Assembly (NCBI GenBank): GCA_964016885.1
Contig: OZ024763.1
Span: forward strand, 1,736,001-1,800,000
Direction of reading: 5' to 3'
DNA length: 64,000 nucleotides
From: Eledone cirrhosa
Taxonomy: Eukaryota
Both the position numbers and the translations under genes were made by a program. This document shows positions 1 to 11,568 of this stretch, in pieces (positions within the stretch are counted from its first letter, which is position 1; every line of letters starts with the position of its first letter). A model generated the notes under the pieces. That model ran no database searches and was not told where the DNA came from. It worked only from the letters and a program-made list of their open reading frames with translations.

Positions 1-293
1 TTATTCAATTTCCCATATATTTTGTGTGTTTGAAGGGGGAAAAAAATAGAGAGAAAGACAGGTAGATGAGACAAAGGTAGTGGAAATATGAAGCAAGATT
101 TTTCAACCTGAGGTCTAAAGAAAGAACAAAACAAACAGCAAAAATACATTAGATATTAAAGAGAAACTTCTTAGACTATTTTCTATAAACAGGAGGTTAT
201 GTGTGTGTGTATATATATGTTTGTGTATATATATATATATGTATATATATATGCATGTTTATGTATGTATATGTATATATGTATATGTGTATG

Positions 294-326
<33 letters not shown>

Positions 327-1129
327 GTGTATATGTATATATGTGTATATATGTGTGTCTATGTATATGTCTATATATATGTATATGTATATATATGTAA
401 ATATATATACACACATACATATGTGTGTCTGTAAGTACACACACAGGCTTTTCTCGATTACACACAGCGTCTTTCTTTAATATGTACACAAAAACACACA
501 CACATGTATATACATACACACATATATATGCACACACACATATATATATATACACACACACATTATATATATGTATATATATACGTGTATGTATATACAC
601 ACAAATAAATAAATGTGTGTTTGTGGGTACACATTAAAAAAAGACGGGGGTGTATAACCGAAAAAAGCATGTGTATAACATATACACACACACACATAGG
701 TAGATAAGTAGGTAGATAGATAGATAGACTGATAGATAGATAGACTGATAGAGAGATAGATTAATAGAGAAGAGTCAGAGATGGTGTATCAAAGAGAGGG
801 AAAAGCGGACGTAAAATGATGATATATATATATATGATATATATATGCTATATATATATATGATATATATATGCTATATATATATATGATATATATATAT
901 ATGATATATATATGCTATATATATATATGATATATATATATATTATATTTATATATATGATATCATATATATATATATATATGATATATATATGCTATAT
1001 ATATATATATGATATATATATGCTATATATATATATATGATATATATATGCTATATATATATATATGATATATATATGATATATATATATATGATATATA
1101 TATGATATATATATATATGATATATATAT

Positions 1130-3169
1130 ATGGAGGAGTCAATTAAGGCCAAAAAGCAGGCTTGGAAAGTATGGCGGGATGGGGGAAGTAGAGAAGACTA
1201 TCAAGTGGCCAGGAGGGAAGCTAGGAGACAAGTGTACTTCGCAAGAAGGGAAGCAGAGGAAAGAAAGTTCAAGCATGCTCTACAACGTGAGGACCAAAAA
1301 CGTGAGGTGTTCAGGATTGCCAGGCAATGTGTCAAGGAAAACCGTGATATTGTCGGGGAGAAGTGTATACTTAACGATGATGGCATACTTGCCATCACCG
1401 ACGCTGATAAGAAGGTAGCTTGGAAGTGTCACTACGAAAGGCTTCTAAATGAGGAGAACAAATGGGAGAAAGACAGTCTCCCCCATATCGACCCAATAGA
1501 GGGACCAGCAGTGTTAGTTGAAGGTAGTATAATAAGTAAGGCAATCAAAGATATGAAGACGGGTAAGGCGGCTGGGCCTTCGGAAATAGTTGCTGAGATG
1601 CTGAAGGCATCTGGTTCGGTGGGACACACCATGGTCACCCGGATAGTTAACCAAGTCGTACAGAATGGGGTTGTTCCGAAGGAATGGCGTAGCAGCATCA
1701 TCGTTAACTGCTATAAGGGAAAAGGAGATGCCCTAGATAGGAGTAACTATAGAGGCATTAAATTAATCGACCAGGTCATGAAGGTCACGGAAAAAGTAAT
1801 AGCGCAACTAATCAGAGAGAGAATTGATCTAGATGAAATGCAGTTCGGGTTTGTGTCAGGCAAAAGTACCACAGACGCTCTTTTCATTGTACGACAACTA
1901 CAGGAGAAGTACCTAGCTAAAAGTAAACCCCTATACTTAGCTTTTGTCGACTTGGAGAAAGCCTTCGACAGAGTCCCCCGTTCCATTATCTGGTGGTCTC
2001 TTAGAAAACTAGGTGTTGACGAATGGCTTGTGAGAGCTATACAAGCCATGTATAAAGAAACAGTCAGTAAGGTTAGAATTAACAACGAATATAGTGAAGA
2101 GTTTAGTGTAAAAGTTGGTGTCCATCAGGGCTCTGTACTTAGCCCCCTACTATTTATTATTGCCCTTCAGGCTATAACAGAGGAGTTCAAGACCGGCTGC
2201 CCATGGGAACTCCTATACGCAGATGATCTAACGCTCATAGCTGAATCAATGACCGAACTAGAGAAGAAATTCCAAACGTGGAAGCACGGCCTAGAATCAA
2301 AAGGCCTTAAAATTAACCTGGCTAAGACTAAAGTTCTAGTTTGTAGGAAAGAAAATAAGGCGGCGGTCCCATCTGGGAAATGGCCATGCTCAGTGTGTAG
2401 GAAAGGCGTAGGTAGAAACTCCATTTTATGTCCCAAATGCAAAGTATGGGTGCATAAAAGATGTAGTGGGATCACAGGTAAGCTAACTAAGAACATAGAT
2501 TTTACATGTGGCCGGTGCTCTGGTGCAATAAGTAGCAGCAAGTGCCCACAAAATACTAGCTCCTTCAACTGCGCAGAGGGTTCTATAGAAATAGTGGACA
2601 GCTTCCGTTATCTGGGTGACAAAATCAGTGGGGGAGGGTGCTCTGAAAGTACAGTAGCTAGAGTCAGAACTGGATGGAAAAAGTTCAGAGAGCTTATACC
2701 ACTATTAGCCGCTAGAGGGTTCTCCCTAAAAATGAAAGGCAGGTTATACGATGCCTGCATACGAACAGCAATGCTGCATGGCAGTGAGACCTGGGCATTG
2801 TGTGCAGAGGATATACGCAGACTAGAGAGGAACGAAGCTTGCATGCTCCGCTGGATGTGCAATAGTAATATATGTGAACGGCAAAGCATAAACGAACTAA
2901 GGAAAAAATTAGAAATAAGAGGGATCAGATGTTGTTTACTCGAGAGAAGGCTACGTTGGTACGGTCACGTGATGCGCATGAAAGACGACAGCTGTATAAC
3001 AAAGTGCAGGGCAATAAAGATAGACGGTAGCCACGGAGTAGGCAGACCCAGAAAAACATGGGACGAGCTGATAAATTCCGACCTCACACGCTTACACCTC
3101 TCCAAGACAATGTCACTGGACCGAGACCTTTGGCGGTACTCAGTAATAGAGAAGACCCGCCTTACCTAA
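1130..3169 (+). CDS. RTE-type reverse transcriptase (679 aa, N-truncated) with PHD-like Cys/His finger
   Basis: NYRGIKL, QFGF, FVDLEKAFD, GVHQGSVLSPLLF, YADD, FRYLG, GSETW, RLRWYGHV, GRPRKTW; CxxC..CxxC..HxxC..CxxC insert. The ATG derives from the flanking repeat. Confidence 0.93.
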   Translation: MEESIKAKKQAWKVWRDGGSREDYQVARREARRQVYFARREAEERKFKHALQREDQKREVFRIARQCVKENRDIVGEKCILNDDGILAITDADKKVAWKCHYERLLNEENKWEKDSLPHIDPIEGPAVLVEGSIISKAIKDMKTGKAAGPSEIVAEMLKASGSVGHTMVTRIVNQVVQNGVVPKEWRSSIIVNCYKGKGDALDRSNYRGIKLIDQVMKVTEKVIAQLIRERIDLDEMQFGFVSGKSTTDALFIVRQLQEKYLAKSKPLYLAFVDLEKAFDRVPRSIIWWSLRKLGVDEWLVRAIQAMYKETVSKVRINNEYSEEFSVKVGVHQGSVLSPLLFIIALQAITEEFKTGCPWELLYADDLTLIAESMTELEKKFQTWKHGLESKGLKINLAKTKVLVCRKENKAAVPSGKWPCSVCRKGVGRNSILCPKCKVWVHKRCSGITGKLTKNIDFTCGRCSGAISSSKCPQNTSSFNCAEGSIEIVDSFRYLGDKISGGGCSESTVARVRTGWKKFRELIPLLAARGFSLKMKGRLYDACIRTAMLHGSETWALCAEDIRRLERNEACMLRWMCNSNICERQSINELRKKLEIRGIRCCLLERRLRWYGHVMRMKDDSCITKCRAIKIDGSHGVGRPRKTWDELINSDLTRLHLSKTMSLDRDLWRYSVIEKTRLT

Positions 3170-3675
3170 ATACAAAGTAAAAACCTACTACAGTCAGTAG
3201 GCACCTCTATCAAAACACACCCCCGTCCCACCACTTCCACCCCACCCACACCGCCCCTTTCAATGTAAAGTTATGTTGGTCCCACAACATCCAGGCCGAA
3301 ACAAATGAGATCGTGTAGGTGTCACGACAAAAAACACACAGTCCACGCTGTAAATGTGGCCGTGTAGGCAACACGGTAAAAACCTCCCAGCCCCACACTG
3401 TAAATGTGGTTGGTGTTAGGAAGGGCATCCAGCTGTAGAAAACCCGCCAGACAGTCCACGCTGTAATGTGGCCGTGTAGGCAACACGGTAAAAACCTCCC
3501 AGCCCCACACTGTAAAAGTGGTTGGTGTTAGGAAGGGCATCCAACTGTAGAAAACCCGCCAGACAGTCCTATGCGAGCAAGACAACCACTCTTGCCTCAA
3601 GTGGGAAAACCCCCGTCCAAACCCATGCAAGCGTGGAACACGGACGCTAAACCTGATGATGATGATGATGATGAT
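1130..3675 (+). mobile_element. 5'-truncated RTE-clade LINE with 3' UTR and (GAT)n tail, inserted in a TA-rich microsatellite
   Basis: Intact RT frame followed by a UTR with an internal ~119-bp duplication and a gatgatgat tail; (TA/GATATA)n on both sides. Confidence 0.92.
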
Positions 3676-3774
3676 ATGATATATATATATATATGATATA
3701 TATATATATATATATGATATATATATATATGATATATATATATATATGATATATATATATGATATATATATATG

Positions 3775-3805
<31 letters not shown>

Positions 3806-3892
3806 ATATAGTTAATAAAATGAAACAAACAAAACACAGGAGGCAATTTAACACAGTTATATTAGGTTCACGCCTGGTGGAAGTGGAGCGGG

Positions 3893-3928
3893 TTTCAATA
3901 TTTCAGACAGAAGTCCTTCTTCAGGAAA
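3893..3928 (-). ncRNA. Minimal type I hammerhead motif
   Basis: UUUC-CUGAAGA-a-GGAC uucu GUCU-GAAA-UA-UU-GAAA. Confidence 0.62.
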
Positions 3929-4211
3929 GTTTGGACAAAGAGAGAACAGATAAACATATGAGTAGTGTGAGAAGTTTAGGGAAGGAAGTTAAAAACAATT
4001 ATATATATATGTATAAACATTTTTTCTGATTCTACCCTGCCCATCCCTTCAATTTTTCTAATTTCTCATTCTTTCTTCTGATGAGGGACTAGCATCTGAA
4101 ACATCTTCCTGCTATTTCAAGTGTTAACCTAATATATTCCTTCCATATACTGTACTGATTGTGTTGTTATTTCTGTTTACATTTTATATATATATATATA
4201 TATATATAGAT

Positions 4212-4556
4212 GGTGGCACATGGCTTAGTGGTTAGAGCATTGGCCTTGCAATCGAAAGGTTGTGAGTTCAATTCTCAGACCGGGTGATGTGTTGTTTCCT
4301 TGAGCAAGACACTTTATTTCACATGGCTCCAGTTTACTCAGCTGTAGAAATGAGATGATAGGGACTGGGGTCCATATCATTCCACTGCAAAGTGGTCGTG
4401 GAGGTGCCACGGCAAAAAAGCACCCAGCACTCACTGTAAATGAGGTTGGTGTTAGGAAGGGCATCCAGCTGTAGAAATCAAACCAGAATCAGTTCCCGTC
4501 CCATCCTTGCAAGCAGGGAAAAAGGGGACGTAAAATGAAATGATGATGAATGATGA
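4212..4556 (+). mobile_element. tRNA-derived SINE family A, full length
   Basis: A box tggcttagtgg, B box gagttcaattc, ccttgagcaagacactt core, (GAT)n tail. Confidence 0.88.
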
Positions 4557-4653
4557 TATATATATGTGCAAGCAGGGAAATGCGGACATAAAATGAAAAT
4601 AAAATGAATATATATATATATATATATATATTTATTCAAATAACAGATTAATA

Positions 4654-4909
4654 TATAATAACTAGAGATTGATTAACAAATAAATAAACATGAATAATCA
4701 CAGGAGATAATTTTTACAAGTGTGTAACCACACATAGCTAGGTAGGTAACTAAATAAAGTTGACCAGAACTTCAAAAACTACTATTTTTGAAGTTCTGGT
4801 CAACTTTATTTAGTTACCTACCTATCTATGTGTGGTTACACACTTGTAAAAATTATCTCTTGTGATTATTCACATTTATTTATTTGTTAATCAATCTCTA
4901 GTTATTATA
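4654..4909. repeat. Long palindrome, 125-bp arms, 6-nt loop
   Basis: 4654-4778 is the near-perfect reverse complement of 4785-4909. Confidence 0.95.
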
Positions 4910-5118
4910 AAATGCTCGGACCTACTCATTAGAATCTTAGAGCTTATTTGCGGGTGATATGGCGCATGTCTTTCTGACATGACACCCATAATTATTCTAT
5001 GTACTATATTGACGAGTTGTAGTGCACCTGAGCACTTTACACAATAATTTCATTATTATATCATTATATTATAATTTTGATTTAGATTAAATTCATTTGA
5101 TTTATCTTAATTTTGGAT

Positions 5119-5184
<66 letters not shown>

Positions 5185-5306
5185 GAATATTTATATTTAT
5201 ATATGTTTGATATAACTATAAATATGTAGGGTAGTACTAAGTACTAACCGGTTACTGGTATGACAAAAGGCTCAATGCAAATTTTCAAGTGTTTTACAGA
5301 GCCGAG

Positions 5307-5448
5307 ATACAAAGTGTTAAAACGATCAAATTTTAGTTTAGAACATTTATTTGCTGCCAATTGTTTCTTCCAGAGGGAAGTCTGGAAGAAACAATTGTCA
5401 GCAAATAAATGTGTTAAAGTAAAATTTGATCGTTTTAACACTTTGTAT
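5307..5448. repeat. Palindrome, 68-bp arms, 6-nt loop
   Basis: 5307-5374 vs 5381-5448, few mismatches. Confidence 0.93.
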
Positions 5449-5737
5449 GTATGTATGTATATATATATAATTTCTAATCCGGAAAAAATTTCTTTTGGGA
5501 TTTTGTGAAGAAAATAAATTTGTTGAAAGCACAAGTGAAGCCATTTTTTCTTCCCCCCTGTCTTAATATACCTAACTGTACCAAGGATTACACACATTTT
5601 CCAATATATATATATATATATATAAATATATAAATATATAAATAAAAGGTATAGAAATTGTTGTAGCGAGAAGCTAACAGTATTCCATAACATATATGCG
5701 ACTCTAGCGTCAAAATGGGAAAAATAGTTAACGTATA

Positions 5738-5789
<52 letters not shown>

Positions 5790-6620
5790 TATATATACAC
5801 ACACACATACATTCCATTTGGCATGGTTTCTAAGGTTAAATACCTTTCCTAATGCCAATAATTTCATAGTGTGTACTCTGTTTTTTATTGTGGTAACACG
5901 ACCACCACCACTAACACCTGACAAGGTGGACCAGGTGCTTTACAGGTTGGACTGGACTGTTAATAATAATAATAATTGTTTCTACTTTTGGCACAAGGCC
6001 AGCAATTACCCCAGTGCATTACTGGTACTTTATTTTTTCGACCCCGTAAGGATGAAAGGCAAAGTTAACCTCGGCAGTATTTTAACTCAGACTGTAAAGG
6101 TCCGTAACTCCATGCTGCAAAGCATGTCGTCCGATGTTCTACCGATACTGCCAATCCACCATAATAATAATAATGATAATGATAATAGTTTCTTATATAG
6201 GCACAAGGCCAGCAATTTGAAGGGAGAAGGGGGAAAGTCAATTAAATCAACTCCAGTGCATTACTGGTACTTTATTTTATCGACCTCGTAAGGATGAAAG
6301 GCAAAGCTAACCTCAGTGAGATTTGAACTCAGAATGTAAAGAGCCATAACTCTGTGCTGCAAAGTACAGTGTCCAACACCTTACCGATACTGCCAGTCCA
6401 ATAGTAATAATAACTAACTGGAACGAAGTATCAATATACTATCATCATTGTTTATTGACCTGCGACACGCTGATCAGATCAAGGTGTGATTGGTATACAT
6501 TGGGCCTGACTCTTGAATCAATAGTTCATCAAATTTGGAGATTCCTTATATATATATAAACTCTCTCTCCCCCCTCTCCCTCCCCCCCCTCCCCCTCCCC
6601 CTCACCCCCTCTCTCACCCC

Positions 6621-6652
<32 letters not shown>

Positions 6653-6655
<3 letters not shown>

Positions 6656-6861
6656 AGGATAAATATATATCAAATATATAAGAACCGTAGAGCAAATATT
6701 TATTAAAATAACAGATTAAAGTTTAAGCAAAGAATCGCTGCTTTCACCCTTAACGGGATCTTAAGGGTGAAAGCAGCGATTCTTTGCTTAAACTTTAATC
6801 TGTTATTTTAATAAATATTTGCTCTACGGTTCTTATATATTTGATATATATTTATCCTTAT
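6653..6861. repeat. Palindrome, 101-bp arms, 7-nt loop
   Basis: 6653-6753 vs 6761-6861. Related palindromic copy at 36907-37015. Confidence 0.95.
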
Positions 6862-6904
6862 CGAGCCCTCTTTGGATTTTAGTCTTCAAATTTATTACTA
6901 TTAC

Positions 6905-6937
<33 letters not shown>

Positions 6938-7487
6938 TGCCAACACTACATCTGATATTCCCCCTCCATACACATGCACGTTTACTTTCCTGAGAGTTGT
7001 ATATTATTCTATGTACTATACATGCACCTTTGATGAATTGTAGTGCACCTGAACACTGTACATAATAATTTTCTTTATTATATATATAGATAGTAGTCAC
7101 CACAGTGAAACAACAACAAAGATGCACAGTCTTTTTGATTTTTAATGAAAGAGAATTATTAAAATCAATATGTTCTCTTAATTTAATTTAAACTCTATCA
7201 GTATAGGAACTTATGAACAGTGAATGCTTAATGCTTATAGCATTTGTACAAGTAAATTACCATTATTGCACTATTTAGTCATTTTGCATACATACATATA
7301 TTTGTGTATTTTTATTATTTATATAAATATTTTGATTCAAGTATTTAATATATATTGTGGAAACAGCTCAACTGAAATGTTTTGTTTTGTTTTTGATATT
7401 TGTACCCCTCCCCTCCTTTTATTATCAGTTTCTTGTAATATTATTATAGCTATTGATAAACTACATTTATTACTGTGAAAACACTTG

Positions 7488-8510
7488 TCTTAGTGGTTAG
7501 AACGTCGAACTTACAATCGTGAGGTTGTGAGTTCGATTCTTGGACTGGGCTTTGTGTTATGTCCTTGAGCAAGACACTTTATTTCATGTTGCTCCAGTTT
7601 ACTGATCTGTAGAAATGAGTTATGATGTCACTGGTGCTAAGCTCTATTTGCCATTGCTTTATAGTGTATAATATATACTGTACATAGTGTATATATATAT
7701 ATAGTATATATATATAATGTATATATGATCTTGTGAACAAGACATGGTCATCTGATCTGACTTGTATATATGATATTCAACATCACTAGTGCTAATCTGT
7801 ATCTGACATTGCCTTTTCCTTGGACATCATGTATAGTGTATATGAAGTGTATAATGTATATATACTGCATATATATAATGTATAAATGAGTTGCAACGAC
7901 ACTGGTGCCAAACTGTATCTGACATTGCCTTTTCCTTGGACATCATGTATAGTGTATATGAAGTGTATAATGTATATATACTGTACATAGTGTATATATA
8001 TATAGTATATATATATATAATGTATATATGATCTTGTGAACAAGACATGGTCATCTGATCTGACTTGTATATATGATATTCAACGTCACTAGTGCTAATC
8101 TGTATCTGACATTGCCTTTTCCTTGGACATCATGTATAGTGTATATGAAGTGTATAATGTATATATACTGCATATATATAATGTATAAATGAGTTGCAAC
8201 GACACTGGTGCCAAGCTGTATCTGACATTGCCTTTTCCTTGGACATCATGTATAGTGTATATGAAGTGTATAATGTATATATACTGCATATATATAATGT
8301 ATAAATGAGTTGCAACGACACTGGTGCCAAGCTGTATCAGCCATTACCTTTCCCTTGGACAACATCAGTGGCATGGAGAGGGGAGATTGGTATACATGGG
8401 TGACTGCTGGTCTTCCATAAACAACCATGCATGGACTTGTACCTCGGAGGAGAATTGTCTAGGTGCAAATCACATGGTCATTCATGACCAAAGGGGTCTT
8501 TACCCTTACC
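7488..8510 (+). mobile_element. tRNA-derived SINE (third body type) interrupted by nested 116-bp and 303-bp tandem duplications
   Basis: A/B boxes at 7488-7540; tgtatc unit starts at 7798, 7914, 8101, 8217, 8333. Related heads near 9700 and 18540. Confidence 0.72.
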
Positions 8511-9500
8511 CTTTCCATTTATTACTATCATCATTTAATATCCATTTTTCCATGCTAGCATGGGTTAGACGGGTTGCCCTGTGATGAGACAAGTCAGATC
8601 AGATGACCATGTTTTGCTCTCAACGACTGTTTCTGGCTTGGTTTCTACAATGTGATGCCCTTTCTAATGCCAACTACTCTACAGTGTGTGCTGGGTGCCT
8701 TTTATCGTGGCACCAAAATGACCACTTTTACAGGGTGGACTGGGTGCTTTTGTTGTCTCCAGCACAACGTCTTTATAGGTTGGGCAGGGTGCTTTTATGA
8801 CCCACTTTACAGGGTGGACTGGGTGCTTTTGTTGTCTCCAACACAACCACTTTACAGGTTGGGCAGGGTGTTTTTGTTGTAACCAAGATGACCCACTTTA
8901 CAGGGGACTGGGTGCTTTTCTTGTCTCCAACATAACCCCTTCACAGGGGTGGACTGGGTGATTATTGTCATGTTGTACTGGAGTGGGTGGTGGTGTTTGT
9001 AAAGTGGAGGGTTGGAAAGGTGGATCTGGAGTGGGGTGGTGTACTTAGCTGGTCAGAGGTGGAGTGATTAAGATGGGGGAGGGTATGGAATTTCTGTACT
9101 TGTGTACATAATTTAGAAGTTTATTTTTAGTTAATAACCATTTTTATTTTCAAAATTAGTATATTATTTCATTATTTAACTTTGCCTTTCATCCTTACGG
9201 GGTCGATAAAATAAAGTACCAGTAATGCACTGGGTAATTGCTGGCCTTGTGCCAAAAGTAGAAACAATTATTTAGTATAAGCACCATGAAATTATAATCA
9301 TCTTATCTATGTCACCTCAAAAGAATAAAAGTTATAGTTGACCTGGGCCAAAATTTGATCTCCGAAGGTCAGAATAAATACTACAAAGCAGGTAGAGGTA
9401 CACAGGGTGGGAAAGAGAAAGCCAGGGAAAGTTAGAGAGAGAGAGGTAGAGACAGGAGTGGAGAAATGATTGGAATTTTTAATCATTCATCATTCCTTAC

Positions 9501-9655
9501 CTTTGTTGAATGTTCGTCAACACTCCTGACATCTTCTCCTCATATTGGCGGTGAAATTTTGGTGTGATGTAGACGTGCATCATTTTCCCTGATGCCAGCT
9601 TCACCAGAGGAAACGTGCCGCAGTATTTTGCATTGACAACTTTAACACTGTGCAT
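9501..9655 (-). CDS. VWA3B: VWA3B-like exon (MHSVKVVNAKYCGTFPLVKLASGKMMHVYITPKFHRQYEEKMSGVLTNIQQR); last exon found in window
   Basis: ttacag acceptor, AG|gtaagg donor, 155 nt, phase 0 to 2. Resembles KTVHAKYCSRFVHAPWKDGSLVHVNIT. Confidence 0.88.
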
Positions 9656-9869
9656 CTGTAACGATCATTGAGAATTGTTGATGTTTGTGCAGTGTCAGGC
9701 TTACAATTGGGAGGTTGTGAGTTCGATTCTCGGACTGAGCTTTGCGTTGTGTTCTTGAGCAAGACACTTTATTTCAGCTGTAAAAATGAGTTGTGATGTC
9801 ACTGGTGCCAAGCTGTATCAGCCATTGCCTTTCTCTTGGACAACATCAGATATAGTGTATAATATATAC

Positions 9870-9901
<32 letters not shown>

Positions 9902-10150
9902 ATCATCATTGATTAACGTCCATCTTCCACACTAGCATGGGTTAGACGGGGCCTATTTTGAAGCAAGTTGTGTCGGGTGACCGTGTCTTGCTCATATAGG
10001 GGTGTTTCTGGCTAGTTTTCTACCACTGGATGCCCTTCCTAACACCATATATATATATATATATGTAAAAGGTAAACAGAAATAACAACACAATCGGTAC
10101 AGTATATGGAAGGATATATTAGGTTAACGCTTGATATAGCAGGAAGAGGG

Positions 10151-10186
10151 TCTTAACGTTTCGGATGCTAGTCCTTCATCAGAAGA
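10151..10186 (-). ncRNA. Minimal type I hammerhead motif
   Basis: UCUU-CUGAUGA-a-GGA cuagca UCC-GAAA-CG-UU-AAGA. Confidence 0.65.
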
Positions 10187-10329
10187 AAGAATGAAGAATA
10201 AGATAGATTGAGGGGACGGGTGGGGTGGAATTGGAAGTGTATAAATGAGTTGTTAAATCAGACAACACATTAGGGTAAGGGTAGTACCACCCACATATAA
10301 GTTAAGTAACAGACAGTTAACCAACAGCT

Positions 10330-10582
10330 CTCATACAAACTAGGGAGCAGTTACTGACACTCATACAAGAAGTTAACCGACTCTGATACAAGCTAGGGAG
10401 CAGTTACTGACACTCATACAAGAAGTTAACCAACTCTGATACAAACTAGGGAGCAGTTACTGACACTCATACAAGAAGTTAACCAACTCTGATACAAACT
10501 AGGGAGCAGTTACTGATACTCATACAAGAAGTTAACCAACTCTGATACAAGCTAGGGAGCAGTTATTGACACTCATACAAGC
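10330..10582. repeat. 53-bp minisatellite, ~4.5 copies, ending ~30 nt from an exon donor
   Basis: tagggagcag at 10341, 10394, 10447, 10500, 10553. Confidence 0.9.
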
Positions 10583-10610
10583 TACGTGTCGGTTAAAATG
10601 AGCTTCTTAC

Positions 10611-10822
10611 AGCACTGGTCTGTTTCTCTTTATCAAGAGGAGGTAGCAGTAAGTGAAGGGGTCCATCTCTATGGTAGAAGGAAACTTCTTGCAGGACATG
10701 GCAGAGTGAGAGTCTGTTGGCATGGATGCCATATTTCTGGAGCCATTCTTCGGAACTGAGGGACATCTCATTTGGTTGTGACTTCATTGTGGTTTTTGCA
10801 TTGCCATTAACCCATTCAGAAT
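10611..10822 (-). CDS. VWA3B: VWA3B-like exon (DSEWVNG...SSEEWLQKYGIHANRLSLCHVLQEVSFYHRDG...QTSA)
   Basis: ttgcag acceptor, gtaaga donor, 212 nt, phase 1 to 0. Resembles SKTWLQKYGLKAQKLSLYDVLADCSFRHADG...VQTSA. Confidence 0.9.
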
Positions 10823-11202
10823 CTGCAAGAAATTAAAATATATCATCATCATTTTATGTCTGCTTTTATTAAGCACGGCATCTCTCCATTTGTCACATCA
10901 TCACTGTTTTATGTCCATTCTTCCACACTAGCATGAGTTAGACGAGTTGCCCTGTTGTGGGCAGTGCCCAGTTGGCTGACCTTGTCTTGCTTATACGGGA
11001 ACAGATTTTGGCTTGATTTCTACAGCTGGATGCCCTTCCTAACACCAACCTCATTTACAGTGAGTGCTGGGTGCTTTTTTTTTTCGTGGTGCCTACACGA
11101 CCACTTTGCAGTGGGAGGAGGTGTGGGCATATATATATATATATATGTTTATGTATGGTTTGCAAGACTCATGTGAAATTGTGTGTTGAAACTGATATTG
11201 TG

Positions 11203-11568
11203 ATATTTAGGGATGGCCATGTTGTCAGTATTGCCAGTAAAAAGAAACACAACATTTGATTTTCACTTTATTTTTATTACTAGTTATTTGTTAGTTCATC
11301 AAAGTTCTTTTGTCACACATTCTATGACCTCCTCACTGACTATTTTATTTTATTTTGTGTCTCCTCTACTTCAACTTTCAGAAAATTAAGATTAGAAAGT
11401 TAGGAGTAAGTAACAAGCCTTATACAAACTAGTTATTGAGGAGGTCACAGAATATGTGACAAAAGAACTTTAAATTAAAGAATAACTAGTAATGAAAATA
11501 AAGTGAAAATCATAATGGTGCACGTGTTTCTTTTTATTGGCAATACTAGCATGACCATCCCTAAATAT
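11203..11568. repeat. Diverged inverted repeat, ~135-bp arms
   Basis: atatttagggatgg...gacctcctca / tgaggaggtc...ccatccctaaatat. Confidence 0.85.

Noticed and set aside
183-1129. Many overlapping Y/I/C/V/H-rich ORFs (also 18400-19018, 23323-24062, 33087-33704, 39747-40282, 55254-55824)
   Set aside because: Translations of (TA)n/(CA)n microsatellites.
4219-4290. tRNA-like A/B boxes
   Set aside because: SINE heads; no complete cloverleaf, and they continue into repeated SINE bodies.
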